Positions 61,001 to 64,000 of a stretch of 64,000 nucleotides of DNA are shown in pieces. The position numbers were made by a program, and so were the translations under genes. Numbering within the stretch: position 1 is the first letter of the stretch; each line of letters opens with the position of its first letter. This stretch comes from Eledone cirrhosa. Taxonomy: Eukaryota. The notes under the pieces were generated by a model that saw only the letters and a list, made by a program, of their open reading frames with translations, was not told the origin of the DNA and searched no databases. The DNA is taken from NCBI GenBank assembly GCA_964016885.1, contig CAXHJY010000054.1, positions 120,195 through 184,194 of the forward strand, written 5' to 3'.

Positions 61001-64000
61001 TTAGCTTAGCTTAGGATAGCTTAGCTTAGCTTAGCTTAGGATAGCTTAGCTTAGCTTAGCTTAGGATAGCTTAGCTTAGCTTAGCTTAGGTAAGCTTAGC
61101 TTAGCTTAGCTTAGGATAGCTTAGCTTAGCTTAGCTTAGCTTAGCTTAGGATAGCCTAGCTTAGCTTAGCTTAGGAGAGCTTAGCTTAGCTTAGCTTAGG
61201 ATAGCTTAGGATAGCTTAGCTTAGGATAGCTTAGGATAGCTTACCTTAGGAGAGCTTAGCTTAGGATAGCTTAGCTTAGGATAGCTTAGGATAGCTTAGC
61301 TTAGGATAGCATAGCTTAGGATAGCTTAGCTTAGGATAGCTTAGGATAGCTTAGCTTAGGATAGCTTAGGATAGCTTAGCTTAGGATAGCTTAGCTTAGG
61401 ATAGCTTAGGATAGCTTAGCTTAGGATAGCTTAGGATAGCTTAGCTTAGCTTAGCTTAGGATAGCTTAGCTTAGCTTAGCTTAGGATAGCTTAGCTTAGC
61501 TTAGCTTAGGATAGCTTAGCTTAGCTTAGGATAGCTTAGCTTAGCTTAGCTTAGGATAGGATAGCTTAGCTTAGCTTAGGATAGCTTAGCTTAGCTTAGC
61601 TTAGGATAGCTTAGCTTAGCTTAGCTTAGGATAGCTTAGCTTAGGATAGCTTAGCTTAGGATAGCTTAGCTTAGGTTAGCTTAGCTTAGCTTAGCTTAGG
61701 ATAGCTTAGGATAGCTTAGCTTAGGATAGCTTAGCTTAGCTTAGCTTAGGATAGCTTAGCTTAGCTTAGCTTAGGATAGCTTAGCTTAGCTTAGCTTAGG
61801 ATAGCTTAGCTTAGCTTAGCTTAGGATAGCTTAGCTTAGGATAGCTTAGGATAGCTTAGCTTAGCTTAGGATAGCTTAGCTTAGCTTAGCTTAGGATAGC
61901 TTAGCTTAGCTTAGGATAGCTTAGCTTAGCTTAGCTTAGGATAGCTTAGCTTAGCTTAGGATAGCTTAGCTTAGCTTAGCTTAGGATAGCTTAGGATAGC
62001 TTAGGATAGCTTAGCTTAGCTTAGCTTAGGATAGCTTAGCTTAGCTTAGCTTAGGATAGCTTAGCTTAGCTTAGCTTAGGATAGCTTAGCTTAGCTTAGG
62101 ATAGCTTAGCTTAGCTTAGCTTAGGATAGCTTAGCTTAGCTTAGCTTAGGATAGCTTAGCTTAGCTTAGCTTAGGATAGCTTAGCTTAGCTTAGCTTAGG
62201 ATAGCTTAGCTTAGCTTAGCTTAGGAAAGCTTAGCTTAGCTTAGGATAGCTTAGCTTAGCTTAGCTTAGGAGAGCTTAGCTTAGCTTAGCTTAGGATAGC
62301 TTAGCTTAGCTTAGCTTAGGATAGCTTAGGATAGCTTAGCTTAGGATAGCTTAGGATAGCTTAGCTTAGGATAGCTTAGGATAGCTTAGCTTACGATAGC
62401 TTAGCTTAGGATAGCTTAGCTTAGGATAGCTTAGGATAGCTTAGCTTAGCTTAGCATAGCTTAGGATAGCTTAGCTTAGGATAGCTTAGGATAGCTTAGC
62501 TTAGGATAGATTAGGATAGCTTAGCTTAGGATAGCTTAGGATAGCTTAGCTTAGGATAGCTTAGCTTAGCTTAGCTTAGGATAGCTTAGCTTGGGATAGC
62601 TTAGGATAGCTTAGCTTAGGATAGCTTAGCTTAGGATAGCTTAGGATAGCTTAGCTTAGCTTAGGATAGCTTAGCTTAGCTTAGCTTAGGATAGCTTAGC
62701 TTAGCTTAGGATAGCTTAGCTTAGCTTAGCTTAGGATAGCTTAGCTTAGCTTAGCTTAGGATAGCTTAGCTTAGCTTAGCTTAGGATAGCTTAGCTTAGG
62801 ATAGCTTAGCTTAGCTTAGCTTAGGATAGCTTAGCTTAGCTTAGGATAGCTTAGCTTAGCTTAGCTTAGGATAGCTTAGCTTAGCTTAGCTTAGGATAGC
62901 TTAGCTTAGCTTAGGATAGCTTAGCTTAGCTTAGCTTAGAATAGCTTAGCTTAGGATAGCTTAGCTTAGGATAGCTTAGCTTAGGATAGCTTAGGATAGC
63001 TTAGCTTAGGATAGCTTAGGATAGCTTAGCTTAGGATAGCTTAGCTTAGCTTAGCTTAGGATAGCTTAGCTTAGCTTAGGATAGCTTAGCTTAGCTTAGC
63101 TTATGATAGCTTAGCTTAGGATAGCTTAGGAAAGCTTAGCTTAGCTTAGCTTAGGATAGCTTAGCTTAGCTTAGCTTAGGATAGCTTAGCTTAGCTTAGG
63201 ATAGTTTAGCTTAGCTTAGCTTAGGATAGCTTAGCTTAGCTTAGGATAGCTTAGCTTAGGATAGCTTAGCTTAGGATAGCTTAGCTTAGGTTAGCTTAGC
63301 TTAGCTTAGCTTAGGATAGCTTAGGATAGCTTAGCTTAGGATAGCTTAGCTTAGCTTAGCTTAGGATAGCTTAGCTTAGCTTAGCTTAGGATAGCTTAGC
63401 TTAGCTTAGCTTAGGATAGCTTAGCTTAGCTTAGCTTAGGATAGCTTAGCTTAGGATAGCTTAGGATAGATTAGCTTAGCTTAGCTTAGGATAGCTTAGC
63501 TTAGCTTAGCTTAGGATAGCTTAGCTTAGCTTAGGATAGCTTAGCTTAGCTTAGCTTAGGATAGCTTAGCTTAGCTTAGCTTAGGATAGCTTAGGATAGC
63601 TTAGGATAGCTTAGCTTAGCTTAGCTTAGGATAGCTTAGCTTAGCTTAGCTTAGGATAGCTTAGCTTAGCTTAGCTTAGGATAGCTTAGCTTAGCTTAGG
63701 ATAGCTTAGCTTAGCTTAGCTTAGGATAGCTTAGCTTAGCTTAGCTTAGGATAGCTTAGCTTAGCTTAGCTTAGGATAGATTAGCTTAGCTTAGGATAGC
63801 TTAGCTTAGCTTAGCTTAGGAAAGCTTAGCTTAGCTTAGGATAGCTTAGCTTAGCTTAGCTTAGGAGAGCTTAGCTTAGCTTAGCTTAGGATAGCTTAGC
63901 TTAGCTTAGCTTAGGATAGCTTAGGATAGCTTAGCTTAGCTTAGCTTAGGATAGCTTAGCTTAGCTTAGGATAGCTTAGCTTAGCTTAGCTTAGGATAGC
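58005..64000 (+). repeat. Diverged ~1-1.6-kb higher-order units related to 6000-8800
   Basis: GGTTA followed by several GCTTA at 58255, 60649, 61674, 63289 (cf. 6326, 7614); GGAAA at 58870, 62224, 63819 (cf. 6791, 8744), usually followed by GGAGA. Spacing is irregular. Confidence 0.6.

Larger units (their letters stand above)
1..64000 (+). repeat. Pentanucleotide satellite array of interspersed GCTTA and GGATA units, (TAGCT/TAGGA)n; both ends lie outside the window
   Basis: Every line parses into GCTTA or GGATA pentamers with rare variants (GGTTA, GCATA, GCTTG, GCTTT, GGAAA, GGAGA, GTTTA, GATTA, TCTTA, ACTTA, CCTTA, GCTTC). Roughly 12,800 units, each major unit 40% GC, all in one orientation, with no non-repeat insertion seen. 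Confidence 0.99.

Noticed and set aside
1-64000. Protein-coding ORFs on either strand
   Set aside because: On the + strand TAG occurs every 5 bp, so every frame hits a stop about every 15 bp. On the - strand each TAAGC unit carries TAA. Only short runs of the 15-bp word AAB leave a frame open (YPKLS repeats of a few copies), with no coding context.
1-64000. CRISPR array or other repeat-spacer system
   Set aside because: There are no unique spacers, no leader and no cas genes; everything between repeats is the same pentamer.
1-64000. Synthetic binary message or DNA data storage encoded in GCTTA/GGATA
   Set aside because: Point variants are inherited across nested, imperfect duplications with whole-unit indels, which is the signature of natural satellite evolution. 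No adapters, indices or fixed-length frames were seen.
1-64000. A single fixed higher-order period, including a 53,194-bp exact repeat of the whole window
   Set aside because: The exact match stops at about 4810/58004, and the other duplications have unrelated and drifting offsets.
1-64000. Regulatory sites such as GATA motifs in GGATAG, AGGA/GGAG Shine-Dalgarno-like words, promoters or terminators
   Set aside because: These are unavoidable by-products of the repeat units, and there is no gene or start context for them to act on.
1-64000. Inversions or transposon insertions within the array
   Set aside because: No switch to (TAAGC)n orientation and no foreign sequence was seen. Isolated GCTAA units (e.g. 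1111, 6571, 19341) are single substitutions.
1-64000. Pure sequencing artefact such as a rolling-circle concatemer or polymerase stutter
   Set aside because: Non-periodic unit order with hierarchically shared variants is not expected from stutter or from a concatemer of one circle. Local mis-assembly of individual duplicates still cannot be excluded.

Overview
The whole 64,000-bp window is one uninterrupted, single-orientation simple-sequence satellite array, with neither end inside the window. It is built from two 5-bp units, GCTTA (major) and GGATA (minor), plus scattered single-base variants. Equivalently, a near-invariant TAG occurs every 5 bp, followed by either CT or GA. I find no gene, RNA gene, mobile element, CRISPR array or unique sequence, and the + strand has a stop in every frame about every 15 bp. 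The interest is in the internal structure. (1) GGATA units are almost always separated by 1-4 GCTTA units, suggesting a hidden 25-bp monomer. (2) The only frame-shifting event I found is a 4-nt unit, GGTA, seen 17 times. (3) Shared rare variants reveal nested duplications from about 0.3 kb to more than 5 kb, including a ~4.8-kb block (1-4810) repeated at a constant 53,194-bp offset. It looks like eukaryotic heterochromatic, centromeric or subtelomeric satellite DNA, but organism and function cannot be determined from the sequence. All counts and offsets were read by eye and need computational confirmation.
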